Assembly: GCF_036321535.1 (NCBI RefSeq)
Contig: NC_087437.1
Coordinates: forward strand, 52,082,001 to 52,146,000
Origin: Camelus dromedarius
Lineage: Eukaryota
Length of the DNA: 64,000 nt
Direction of reading: 5' to 3'
Positions 37,801-49,860 of the stretch are shown piece by piece. The notes under the pieces were generated by a model. The model was not told the DNA's origin. It made no database searches and saw only the letters and a list, made by a program, of their open reading frames with translations. The first letter of the stretch is position 1; every line of letters begins with the position of its first letter. A program made the position numbers and the translations under genes.

Positions 37801-40344
37801 TATTACATTGGTTGCCATGTTCCCACATCCCCACATCTCACACAATGAAGAAAGACAATAATCTATTGACTTTCCTCCTGCCTTCTCTCAGAGCACTGAG
37901 AGAAGGGAAATTATTTTGAAATTGGACCTGTACATTAAAGGCAGCTTTATTTCTGAGGCTATCCCAGTCTGCAGGGCAGGAGAGGTGATTCAACCTTTTT
38001 ATTCTTTAGGAAACTCCAGTGAGATTACTAATCAGATCCTCTTAAAAATCTGTTTGATTCTTCCTGATAATGAAGTAAGCTAGGAGGAGAATTATTTTGG
38101 ATTTCTTAAATTTTCCTCTAGCTGTCTGTCTCCTTTATTTTTCTTACTAAGATATTGTAAAAAGATCTAGTGGTTTAGTAACACAAGGAAAGAGAAAATG
38201 AAATTTATCAAATATATGGTTTATATGTATTTATGCTAATCTTCACAACAACCTTAGCTGAAGGAACTGTATGAAGATCAGAGAGGGAGGGCCAATATTT
38301 GAATTCAGGTTTTTAGAATCATCATCACTCTCAGTTTTCTGCCTCCAGTCTGTTCTATTTTTAGCATTCTGGCTTTATTGAAACCTAGTAAAGCTGATTT
38401 CTAAAATATATCATACCATGTTGGCTGTGCTAATTAAGATTTCTTACTGTTGTATGAGCCATTCACATTTTTAACTGTAAGAGAATTTTAAATGATAATA
38501 CTAAGTCTATATATGATAGTTTTTATCAAACTTAATTTCATGAAAGTTCTACTTTGCTCTCTTAATTTTCTTTGAAAATCTGTCAGCTTTGGTTATTAAG
38601 TTCCTAACCAGTACACAGAAGGAAGCAGAGGTGACTGCCCCAGTGACTCCAAAATCAAGCTGAGATTGCAGGTTAGCTTCCACCTGCTGCTTTCTGCCCC
38701 AGTAGATACCAGATGCATTTGAAGCTTCTCACTGCCTTTGTAATGTGATCCTTCTATCAAATAGCTTTTTAGTTCATCCTTTTCTATAGCTTGACTTTTA
38801 CTTCTTCAATTACTGATTCTGACTCAACAGGACGCAACAGTTACCCTCAAATTGTGGTTTGGGTGGATAAAGTCTTTCTTCTTGCATCTCTTAATCTCAT
38901 TTCTGTTTTTCACAACTGGTCAATATATATATAACCAAAAACTCTGACAGATCAATTGCCTCTCAGCAGGTCTGATAGGAGTTATTCCCCTAGAAAGCCT
39001 GCTTTCCTCTGGAATAAGTATTTTATTCTTTGCAAGCAAATGTAAAAGAAGTGACTCAAATTTCTTTCTTTCCTTATCTCTCCTCCCTTCCCCCCAAAGC
39101 TTACAGTAGTTCAGTCTGAAATGTAGGTCCAAAGAGTAGACCTTGCAGGTCTGATTTTCTGTTTTGCTTTCTCTCCATATTACCCACAGATAAAATACAC
39201 TGGAGAAACTAATTTCAGCTGAAGTACTCATCATGCTATTATATCTTCTCAAGAAATATTCTAGTAGATTAGAATAGAGTACTTTTTTCTTTGATTGTTC
39301 TTTCATTAAATTTATAGTAGCAAATAATCATCTTCATTGGCATTGATTAGTATGAGAAGAAATTAACTTGCTATTCACTTTAAAAATGGTAATTCTTGGT
39401 CAACAGACAACTTCATATAAATTCAAAGAAGTATAACCAAAGATTTACGAGATTTTAGTTTTAACATTAGTATATTATTAACAGGGCTAAGAGCTAATAA
39501 TAAGTAATAAGCTAACATATTATGTACCAGAAACATTCCAGTTGTTACTTCTTTTAAAGCTTAAATAAACAAGAGCATTTAGAGACTCATTTGAAAGTTT
39601 ATTATGTATTGCTCAATATCTTTTAAGATTTGGATATATCATTCTTTCTTAGTAGAGAACTAGGAATATTAGTCAAATATCAGAGTTTTGTTTTTTCAGT
39701 AAGAGGTGAATATCTGAAGAAGAAGGGAATTGGAAATAAGCATATAGCTCCCTACTCATCCTTTAATAATTACAGCAGAGAGAATTAAAAGAAATAAGCT
39801 GATATTTTCCCTGGCACTTGGAGTTGGTTTTATTTCTTGGTTTTCAGAGTTGTCTAAGAAATGTTTTGTCTTTGGGGTAAATTTAGAAATAATGTCAGAT
39901 GGAAGTGTTTACAACTTCCAAGAAATTATTCAGTAAATGACATTTATTTATGCTCACTGGTCATCATTTTCCATTAACCACTGTACAGTGCTTATTTATT
40001 TGGATTCTCACTATAAATTGGAGATTTGGTTTACATGCTGTTTAATGAAATAGTAACATTGCTATTAATACCCTGTTTTCATTTGTCCATTTTAAAAGAA
40101 TATTAGCTCCCTGTTACAAATATGTTAGATTCAAATTAAATGCTAAAAAATGAGGTTTCAGTTTGGTGATAGTAGCATTTCTCAAAAGAATATATTCTAA
40201 ATTAAATTTACAAATTAAATGAAGATTAATATATCTCAGAAGTGCAGAGAGGTGATAAGTGATCCTAATATAAATGAATCTTTTTGAGGAGACTTTTGCC
40301 CATTTTTCCAATAATCTTGTTATTATACCCTAGTATTAACTGAT

Positions 40345-40950
40345 TCATTACTTCAACCAGTATATAATGTATGCCTACTTTGGGCCCAACACTATTCTTG
40401 GTACCAGGTATATATTGGTGAACAACAACAACAAAAAACAGTTCCCAACATTATGTCGCTTACCATCTAGTAAGAGAGCTAGACAGTAACTAGATAAACA
40501 AACTATCAAGTCTATAATTTCAAATTGTAATAGGTATGTGAGTGCTGTAGAGGGAAAGAACAGAATGGTATAGGAAGAACAGAGGGGAAAGCTACTTTGG
40601 ATTAGGTGGTCAGGGAATATCTGTCTGCAGAGATGATGTTTTAGCTAAGATCTGAAGGATAAGAAGGTACAGCCTTGGGATGAACATTCCAAGCAAAAGA
40701 GAACAGCAAACACAAAGGAACTGATGAGGGCAGTAACTTGTTCAAGGAACGGAAAAAAGATCAGTCTGGAACATAGTGACTAAAGGAGAACATGGCAAGG
40801 AATGAGGTTCAAGAGGTAGGCAAGGCTAGATCCTTATTAGCCTGTGAGACTCAAGTTAAAGGTTTAATTTATATTCTTAAAGAATAAGAAGGGTTTAAAA
40901 CAAGGGGATTGATACCATCCATCCATTGATTTTGATTGTGGAAAATGGGT
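40345..40950 (-). mobile_element. L2 fragment
   Basis: attcattacttcaaccagtat...tgcctactttgggcccaacactattcttggtaccagg L2 3'-end motif. Confidence 0.7.
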
Positions 40951-41479
40951 AGACAGCCACACCTCTGTTACCAGCCAAGTCTCCACCTCTTTGCCAGAGC
41001 AGTGTAACAATCAGATTCTTAAAGTTCTATAAATTTGTTCATTTCACTTGATCCAGAAAAAGCTTGTATCCAAGGGATCGATGGATGGCAGTAGTACCAA
41101 GAAAGTGTTTCCAGAATTTACATAAAACTAATGCTTTGATGGAAATATGGACAAAGGACATTAAGAAAAATTTTTTTATTGCCTGATAAAATGTGAAAAA
41201 ATGTTTAACTTTACCAGTGATCAAAGAAATACTAGTTAAAAGAGCAATATGATGCGATTTTTTACATTATACTGGCAAATTTTTAAAAATATGTATTGAA
41301 CTGGCATATATTAAATAATACATATGCATTTATATTGATAAGGATATAAGGAGACAGTTACTTTTATGCACTACTAGTGGAAATGCATATTTGTACAAGT
41401 CCACAGTCCCTTAAACCAAATCCCTTTGGCCAGATATGTTTCAGAATTCAGAATTTTATTTTTCAGAAAGGTAATACAG

Positions 41480-43011
41480 GAACTTGCATTTCTGACAGGA
41501 TGCACTAGGAGTTTGGGGAGGGGGGGAGAAATGGACAAAACATATAAAACAATGATTCTCAAGACATTTGACCTCAAGCAGTGAAGGAGAATGACCCCTG
41601 AGAAACAGCAGGGAAGAAGAATCAAGGCAGAACTCATCAGTCTCTCTGAGTTGAGACAGAGCTCAGAGTCCAGGGAAGACAAGTGGCTGGAGTTCACAGG
41701 ACCAAAGTATTGAACAGGGGAGAGCTACGCAGATAGAGAGCTCCAGAAATTGCAGAAGGCAACTTTGAGTTGAATACTAACCTATTCATGTGTATGAGGA
41801 AACTACTCAAAGCCAGAAGAAGAACCACTCCAAGTATTAGAGGTAGCAGTGCCCCAGATTCATATAGAATCAGGAATATTGCCAGGCTGGAAAACATCAT
41901 AATTCACAGGGCAGCACTGAGAGTACTGACAAAGGTTTTGACCTCAATATTGGGGGAAAAGTTAACCCTAGACTAACTGCTGTTTTGATCCCACCTAACA
42001 AAACTTAAAAGCAAAACCTAAAAACATCAAATTATTTCCATGTATTTTAACAATGTCACAGAGCAAAGTTCAAGAATATGTTAAGGATTACGAAAATAAC
42101 CAAACAAAGTAGAATTTACAGTGCCTGGCATTTGATGAAAAATTATAAGGCATGCAAGAAAGCAGCAAAATACAAGTCATAAAAAGAAACAAAATCAATT
42201 TTATGCCATTCTGGAAAAGGAAGAACTATGGAGACAGTAAAAAGATCAGTGGTTTCCAGGGAGAGGGGAGGAATGATGAATAAGTAGAACAGGATTTTTA
42301 GGGCAGTGAAATTACTCTGTATGATACTATAGCAGTGGATATATGTCATTACACATTTGTTCAGAGCCATGGAATGTGCAACACCAAGAGTGAATGCTAA
42401 TGTAAACTGTGGACTTTGAGTGATAATGATGTGTTGATGTAATGTATCATCAGTTATAACAAATGTCCCACTCTGGTGGGAGATGTTGGTAATAAGGGAA
42501 GCTATGCATCTGTGGGAACATGGCATATATGCACTGTCTCTATGCCTTCTTCTCAGTTTTGCTGTGAACCTAAAAGTGCTCTTTAAAAACAGTCTTTAAA
42601 AAACCAGTTCATTGAAATAGAACGAGAAATGGCAAATATGATAGAATTAGTAGACAAGAACATTGAAATAGTTACTATAATTGTATTCCATATGTTCAAA
42701 AAGCTAGAGAAAGGTTGAACACATTAGAGATATGTAAGTTATAAAGAGCCAGTCAGACATCTAGAGATTAAACCTCCAATGTATGAGATGAAGAACACAT
42801 GGGTGGAATTAACAGCATAATGGACATTGCAGAAGAAATGATTAGTGAACTTGACTGTGCTGCAATAGAAACTATCCCAAATGAAACATATACTGAGAAG
42901 AAATGAATAAAGCACCAGTGAACTATGGAACAACTTCAAGTAGCAAAATATACATGTAATTGTAGTTCTGGAAGAAGTAGGGGCAGGGATAGCATAGAAA
43001 AAAATATCTGA
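41480..43011 (+). mobile_element. Old L1 5' UTR/ORF1 segment, 3'-truncated, containing a nested L1MC-type 3' end (~42200-42600)
   Basis: ORF1 remnants (gaagaaatgattagtgaacttga, gaactatggaacaacttcaag); nested piece has attctggaaaaggaagaactatggagacagtaaaaagatcagtgg. Confidence 0.72.
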
Positions 43012-43026
43012 AGAAATGTAATACAG

Positions 43027-44364
43027 AATTCCAATGGCAGGGCAGCCTGAATTGGACAACCCTTCTACCAATAACAATAATGGAGACAAAATTGTTTAGA
43101 GAGCAACCAGAAGCAGGCAGAAACTGTTGGGAACACAACCTTCAAAGAAGGGAAGCAAACTAGGGGAGCTGTATATTTAAGCAGCTTTTCTAACCCTGAC
43201 CCGTGGGGCACTTCTCAGTTTGCCTTGGGGGAACAGAGCTTAAACATAAAGTAGTACTCTTACTAGGATGAAGAAACAGTTCAAGACTACCAAAGCAGCT
43301 GTAAATTGAGAGAGGAAATCTCAGAAATAAGGGACTCAGTGGAGAGAGAGCCCAAAATTATTTTTATAGGTTTCTAAATTGCATATACAAAACCATACTT
43401 CAAGAAACCAGGCAGAAAGTAGCCTCAGGAGAACTAAGGAACTGAATAGAAATATCAGCAGCATAGTGTTGAATTTGAATTTGTGCGAGTTCTGCCAAAT
43501 TAGAGGCAATGATAAACACCTCAGCTGTTGTATTGAAGCTGCAGCAGGACCATGCCCTAGGACTAAGGGCTACTCCAAGACTAAATGCTTTCTAACAAAG
43601 CCAAAACACAAACTATCATAGGCTCAATAGGAAGAAGGAAAATGTAACCTAAAATTAAGAGAAAAAACCATCAGTAGAAGCAGACCTATGGATACCTAGA
43701 TATTGGAATTGGCCGTCAAGGACTTTAAAAATTATAAATATGTTAAATATGTTAAAGCAGAATATTGAGTACATAGGGAAATCCCAGCAGATAGATGGAA
43801 ACTCTAAAATAAAATAAAACCAAATTTAAATTCTGGAGCTAAAAAAAATCTAGGATGAAAATTTCATTAGATATCAACATTTTTAACACTGAGATAAATG
43901 TTATCTGTAAATTTGAAGACAGTTCAATAGAAATAATCCTAACTGAAGCACAGAGACTAAAAGATTTGAAAATAAGTGAAGAGAGCCCTTGGTAACCTGT
44001 GAAATAATATCAAGGAGTCTAGCATACATATCACTAGGATTCTAAAAAGCAAGGGGGGAGAGAGGAGTCTGGGGTGGGGGGAGAGAGGAGTCTGGGGTAG
44101 GGGGAGTGGTCAATGACTAAAAATTTCCCACATTTGGTAAAAAAAAAAAAAAATTGACCCATATGTCCAAAAACTCAGCAGACTAGTTAGTGGGATAAAT
44201 ACAAAGAAAACCACACTCAGACACACCATAATCAAACTCCCAAAACCAGAGATAAAGAGGAAATCTTAAAAGCAGCCTGAAGTAAGACAGTAACAATGAG
44301 CGACTTCTAATGAAAAGGGGGAAGGGAACTAGAGGACAATAAAACGGCGTCATTGAAGTACTAA
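43027..44364 (+). mobile_element. Second old L1 5' UTR/ORF1 segment, 3'-truncated
   Basis: ORF1 remnants (aatttgaagacagttcaatagaaata, acaccataatcaaactc...gaggaaatcttaaaagcagcc). Confidence 0.68.
44053..44098 (+). repeat. Perfect 2 x 23 bp G-rich tandem duplication
   Basis: GGGGGGAGAGAGGAGTCTGGGGT at 44053-44075 and 44076-44098. Confidence 0.95.
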
Positions 44365-46009
44365 ATAAAGGTAATATGGTGCATATATTGTATGTTATAT
44401 AACATTCCCAGAGCAGGGGGCGGGAGTGGCGGGAATCTAGGGCAACATTCCATAACCACATGCTTATGTAGGGTAAATAAAAACTATTAATAGCCTCACT
44501 TCAGTTCAGGTCAGGTTTTGATGTTAGATAACTTTTGGTGCCAAAAGTTTTTAAAAAGAAACATTTTGGGCTTCAGAGCTTTTTGGACTTTAGAATTATA
44601 AGAAAAAGGTTTGTGGATCCATCTTACTTGTCAGGAGAAAAATTTGCTACATGTTTATAAATGCCCACACCCTTAGAAGCCGGGACAGATAAGCAGGGAA
44701 TCATGTAAGAATGCCATGCAGTGGAAATAACATGAAGAGTGTGTGCCAAGTGTTACACAAGGATGCTTATGACAGCATTTTTTAAATAATTAAAAAATTT
44801 TAGAACAACCTAAATGTCCCAATAACCTCCCAATACTTGGTTAAATTAGTTATGGTATACCTATGCAATGAACAGACGGCTTATAGCCAAGAAAAATCAT
44901 GTTGTCAAAGAATATTAATCTGGTGAAATAAGCATTCTCAATATGTTACATGAAAAGATCACAAAACAGTGTGATTCCAAATGTTAATAGTTATTGCTGT
45001 GTGGATAGATTGTCATTTTTATTTGTTTTATTTTGCTCTTTTGTACTTTCTAAATTTCCATTAGTGAACATGTATTCCTTTGGTAATCAGAAAAGTCAAG
45101 GCTTTTTTGAAAAAAAAAAAATGCAAGGTGGTAAGAAAGGTATTCCTGTTGCTATTAAACTTCAGATCAGATTGCTTCTCTAAGTCAGGAATCATTTTAT
45201 TAACAAAGATCACAAAAGTTTAGCATTATTAAGGCCATGGCTTACTATATCATTTGTATCCCCAGATCTAGTGTCTGCACACCTGGATTTGAAGTGTCTC
45301 TTTTAAGCTGCATTGCCTGAGGCATTTCCAGAAGGAATCCTGTTAAATGAAAAATAAGACCTTTCATAAATGATGCCAAACCATTTCTGTTGCCACTTCA
45401 AACACTCTCTGACTTAATCTCTAGAGAACAGCTTTCTCAGATAAATTGTCCAGCGCCACATTTAGTTCTTGGCTTGTTTTAAAAAGTCTGCAGATCCTTT
45501 CATGAGATCATTTTTTTAAGCTTAAATATCTACTTTGCTTTGAAAATGTATTTTCTGTTTTCAAAAGAGCATACCAGGAGTTAAAATTGGATCACGTTTA
45601 GCAAGCTACATCATACATCTGAAGTAAATTCCAGAGTATTAATATCATGGTATGTTAGAGCAAAGACTTTCAAGTCTAATTTTTGTGGACCTGCTAGATC
45701 TGAAAGGACAGTCTGGACAGCCAGCAGTTTTGATCCCTGAGCTGAGGTATGTTTTCTAAAGTTATTCTGAAAGTCAGAGGGAAAAGGCAAAAAAGGCTGT
45801 GGCATGGTCCTGTTTGAATAGCTTGGTGTCACAGTGATAGGCAATGTCTTTATCATCTATACTGTAGGCTCTTAGAAATAGACTGTTAGAATTGGAAGAG
45901 GCTTGTGAACTTGAGTTCAGTTGCTTTCCCAGTACTTATATCTCTTCTATGTCGTTCTAGACAGATAGTATCTAGTATGTATTGAACTACTTATAATTAT
46001 TTTTCCATG

Positions 46010-49000
46010 TAGGTTAATAAGTTGATATTCTGATTTCATATGTGAGTCTCTGTGTACTTACTATTTGCTAGAATTCACTACTGAAACCAGGTGGACTTGG
46101 GAGTTCTTTGTGGGAAGACTTAATAACAACTTCAATTTCTTGAGTAAATACAGGGCTATACATATTTCCTGTTTTGTCTTGGGTCCATTTTTGTAAGTTG
46201 TTTTTTAAGGAATGTGTCCTCTTCATTTATTGCCATAAAATTATTCTTAAGCTATTGTCTTTTTTTATGAGGGGGTGGTAATTAGGTTTATTCATTTATT
46301 TCTGTTTGGAGGAGGTACTGGGGATTGAACCTAGGACCTCGTGCATGTCAAGCATGAGCTCTACCACTTGAGCTATACCCTCCCCACTATTGTCTTTTAA
46401 GTGTCTGTAAGTAATGCTGCAGGCAGTAATATGTCCTTTTCATTTCGAATTTTGGTAATTTATGTTCTCTTGATCACTCCAAAAAGCAATTTATCGATTT
46501 TGTTGATGTTTTCAAAAAACCAACATTGGCTTCGTTAATGTCTCTGTTTTGTTTGATTTCAGTTGCATTGATTTATGCTTATTATTTTCCTCCTTTTACT
46601 TAGTTGGTTTTACTTCGATCTTTTTCTAGCTTCTTAAATTGGAAGCTTGAGTTCTTTATGTTAAACCTTTATTTTCCAGAATAGCATAAACTATAAATTT
46701 CTTTTGAGCACTGTTTTAGCTGTATTCTACAGACTTCTTTAAATGCTTTATTGAAGTATATTTGATACAAAATAAATTATGCATGAAGTGTAACATATGT
46801 ATATATCTGGGAATCCATCAGTACATTCAAGATACTAACCCTATCCATCACCATGAAAATTTTACTCAATTCCTCGTGTTGCCTGGAAACCACTGATTGG
46901 CTTTTTGCCATAACAGATTAATTTACATTTTCTAGAACTGAGATATATGGAACCATAAGTATGTACACTTTTTTGGTTTGGCTTCTTTCACTCAGCATAA
47001 TTATTTGAGATTCGTCCACATTGCTATATCAAGAGTTCATTCCTTCTACTGCTGAGTAATGTTTTCATTTTATGGATATACCATAATTTGTTTATGACTT
47101 TAGCTGTTGATAGACATTTGGACTTTTTTAGTTCCTGGATTTTATGGATAAAGCTTTTATGAAGATGTGTATAAAAATATCATGTAACATTTGTCTGATT
47201 TACTTCACTCAGTATGATAATCTCTAGGTTCATCCATGTTGCTGCAAATGGTAATATTTTATCCTTTTTTATGGCTGAGTAATAGCCTGTTGTGTGTATA
47301 TTTATACATATACCAAATCTTCTTTATCCATTCATCTGTCAATGGACATTTAGGTTGCTTCCATGTCTTGGCTAATGTAAATGCCACTGTGAACATTAGG
47401 GTGCATGTATCTTTTTGAATTAGAATTTTCATCTTTTCCAGATACATGCCCAGGAGTGGGTTTGCTAGATCATATGGTAGCTATATTTTTAGTTTTTTAA
47501 GGAATCTTCATACTGTTTTCCATATTAGCTGCATCAATTGACATTGCCAACAACAGTGTAGGAGGCTACATTTTTTCCACACCCTCTCCACCATTTATTA
47601 TTTATAGACTTTTTGATGATGGCCCTTCTGACCAGTGTGAGGTGATAACCTCATTGTAGTTTTGATTTGCATTTCTCTAATAATTAGTGATGTTGAGCAT
47701 CTTTTTAAGTGCCTTTTGGCCATCTGTATGTATTCATTGGAGAAATGTCTTTTTAGGTCTTCTGCCCATTTTTTACTTGGGTTGTTTGTTCTTTTGATAT
47801 TGAGTTGTATGAGCTGTTTGTATATTTTGGAAATTAATCCATTGTCAGTCACATCATTTGCAAATATTTCTCCCCTTCCATAGGCTGTATTTTTATTTTT
47901 GTTTATGATTTCCTTTGCTGTGCAAAAGCTTTTAAGTTTAATTAGGTCCCATTTGTTTATTTTTACTTCTGTTTCTTTTGCCTTGGGAAACTGATCTAAG
48001 AAAATATTCCTACGATTCATGTCAGAGAATGTTTTGCTTATCTTCTCTTCTAGGAGTTCTGTGGTGTCATGTGTTGTATTTAGGTTTTTAAGCCATTTTG
48101 AGTTTTTCTGTGTATGGTGTGAAGCAGTGTTCCAATTTCACTGATTTACATGAGACTGTCTGGTTTCCTCAGCACCACTTGCTGAAGAGACTGTCTTTTC
48201 TCCATTGTATATTCTTGCCTCCTTTGTTGAAGATTAACTGACTGTAGGTGTGTGGTTTTATTTCTGGGCTCTCTATTCTTTTCCACTGGTCTGTGTCTGT
48301 TTTTGAGTAGCACATTGTTTTGATTGCTGTACCTTTGTGGTTAAGTTTAGAAATCAGGAAGTAGGAGACATCCAACTTTGTCCTTTTTTTAAGATTGTTT
48401 TTGCTGCTCAGGGTCCCTTGAGCTTACATATAAATTTTAGGGTGGATTTTTCTATTTCTGCAAAAAATGCCATTGGGATTTTAATAGGGATTGCATTGAA
48501 TCTATAGCTTACTTTGGATAGTGTGGACATCTTAATATTTAATCTTCCAATCCATGAACACAGAATGTTTTTCTATTTATATTTATCTTCTTTAATTTCT
48601 TTCAGCAATATTTTGTAGTTTTCAGTATACAAGTCTTTTGCCTCCTTAGTTAAGTTTATTCCTAAGTATTTTATTCATTTTAATGCTATAGTAAATGGAA
48701 TTATTTTCTTAATTTCCTTTTTGGATTGTTTATTATTAGCATATAGAAACACAACTGATTTTTGTGTATTATTCTGTATCCTACTACTATGCTTAATTTG
48801 TTTATTCTAACAGGTTTTTTGTGGAATTTAAATTTAGATGTTTCTACATATAAGATCATATATGCAAACAGAGGTAATTTTATTTGTTTCTTTCCAATTT
48901 GAGTGCCCTTTATTCTTCTTGCCTAACTGCTCTGGCTAGGACTTCTAATAATATGTTGAATAGAAGTGGTGAAAGCAGGCATTCTTGTCTTATTTCTGAT

Positions 49001-49860
49001 TTTAGAGAGATATCTTTCAGGTTCACCATTGAGTGTGATGTTAGCTGTGTTTTTCTACATAGAAGCTTTATGTTGAAGTAGTTTCCTTCCAATCCTAGTT
49101 TGTTGAGTGTTTTTAATCAGCAAAGGTGTTGAATTTTGCCAAATGATTTTTCTGAATCAGTTGAGATGATCATGCCCTACTTTAATTCTCTTAATGCAGT
49201 TTATCACATTTATTGATTTGTGTATGTTGAACCCGCTTTGCATCCCGGGGATGAATCCCATTTGATCATGATGTATGATCCTTTTAATGTGCTGTTGAAG
49301 TTGGTTTGCTAGTATTTTGTTGATGATTTTTCTATCCATATTCACTAGGGATACTGGCCTTTAATTTTGTTCTCTTGAAGTGCCCTTCTCAGGTTAATGC
49401 TGACCTCCTAAAATGAGTTCAAAAGTGTTCCTTCCTCTTCAGTTTTTTGGAAGAGTTGGAGAAGGATTGGCGTTAATTCTTTAAATGTTTGGTAGAATTC
49501 ACCAATGAAACTATCTGGTCCTGGGATTTTCTTTGTTGTAGGTTTGGGGGTTTTTTTGTTTTTGTTTTTTTAACTGACTGTTTTCTTACTAGTGATCGGC
49601 CTATTCACATCTTGTTTCTTCATAATTATGGGTGTTTTTATTTCCTTTTGATTTCTTCTTTGATCCATGGGTCACTTAGAAGTGTGTTACTTAGTTCCTA
49701 AAAATTTGAACATTTTCCCAGAGATCTTTCTGTTATTGATGTCTAATTTATCTCTGTTATGGTCAGAGAACACTCTTTGTATGACTTGAATTCTTTGAAA
49801 TTGATTGAAAATTGTTTTATTGCCAGAAAATGGCCTGTGTTGGTAAATGGTCCGTGTGTA
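46010..49860 (-). mobile_element. Cluster of antisense L1 fragments of several ages
   Basis: Supplied ORFs 47259..47447, 47598..48020 ([18 protein letters not shown]), 48169..48375, 48910..49092 and 49157..49345 ([27 protein letters not shown]) are L1 ORF2 pieces. Confidence 0.9.
46264..46386 (-). mobile_element. tRNA-derived SINE (camelid VicSINE-like)
   Basis: Minus strand GGGGAGGGTATAGCTCAAGTGGTAGAGC...GGTTCAATCCCCAGTACCTCC; TSD CTATTGTCTTTT at 46252-46263 and 46387-46398. Confidence 0.92.

Larger units (their letters stand above)
41396..44622. mobile_element. MER46C-like Tigger MITE split into two halves (41396-41479 and 44365-44622) by L1 insertions
   Basis: Left end caagtccacagtccctta and right end aaaaaggtttgtggatcc are inverted termini; sequence is continuous across the gap at aaaggtaata. 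Subfamily name is from memory. Confidence 0.7.

Noticed and set aside
46310..46386. tRNA-like A/B boxes (also near 34090-34155 and 58210-58275)
   Set aside because: These are SINE heads with tails and target-site duplications, not tRNA genes.
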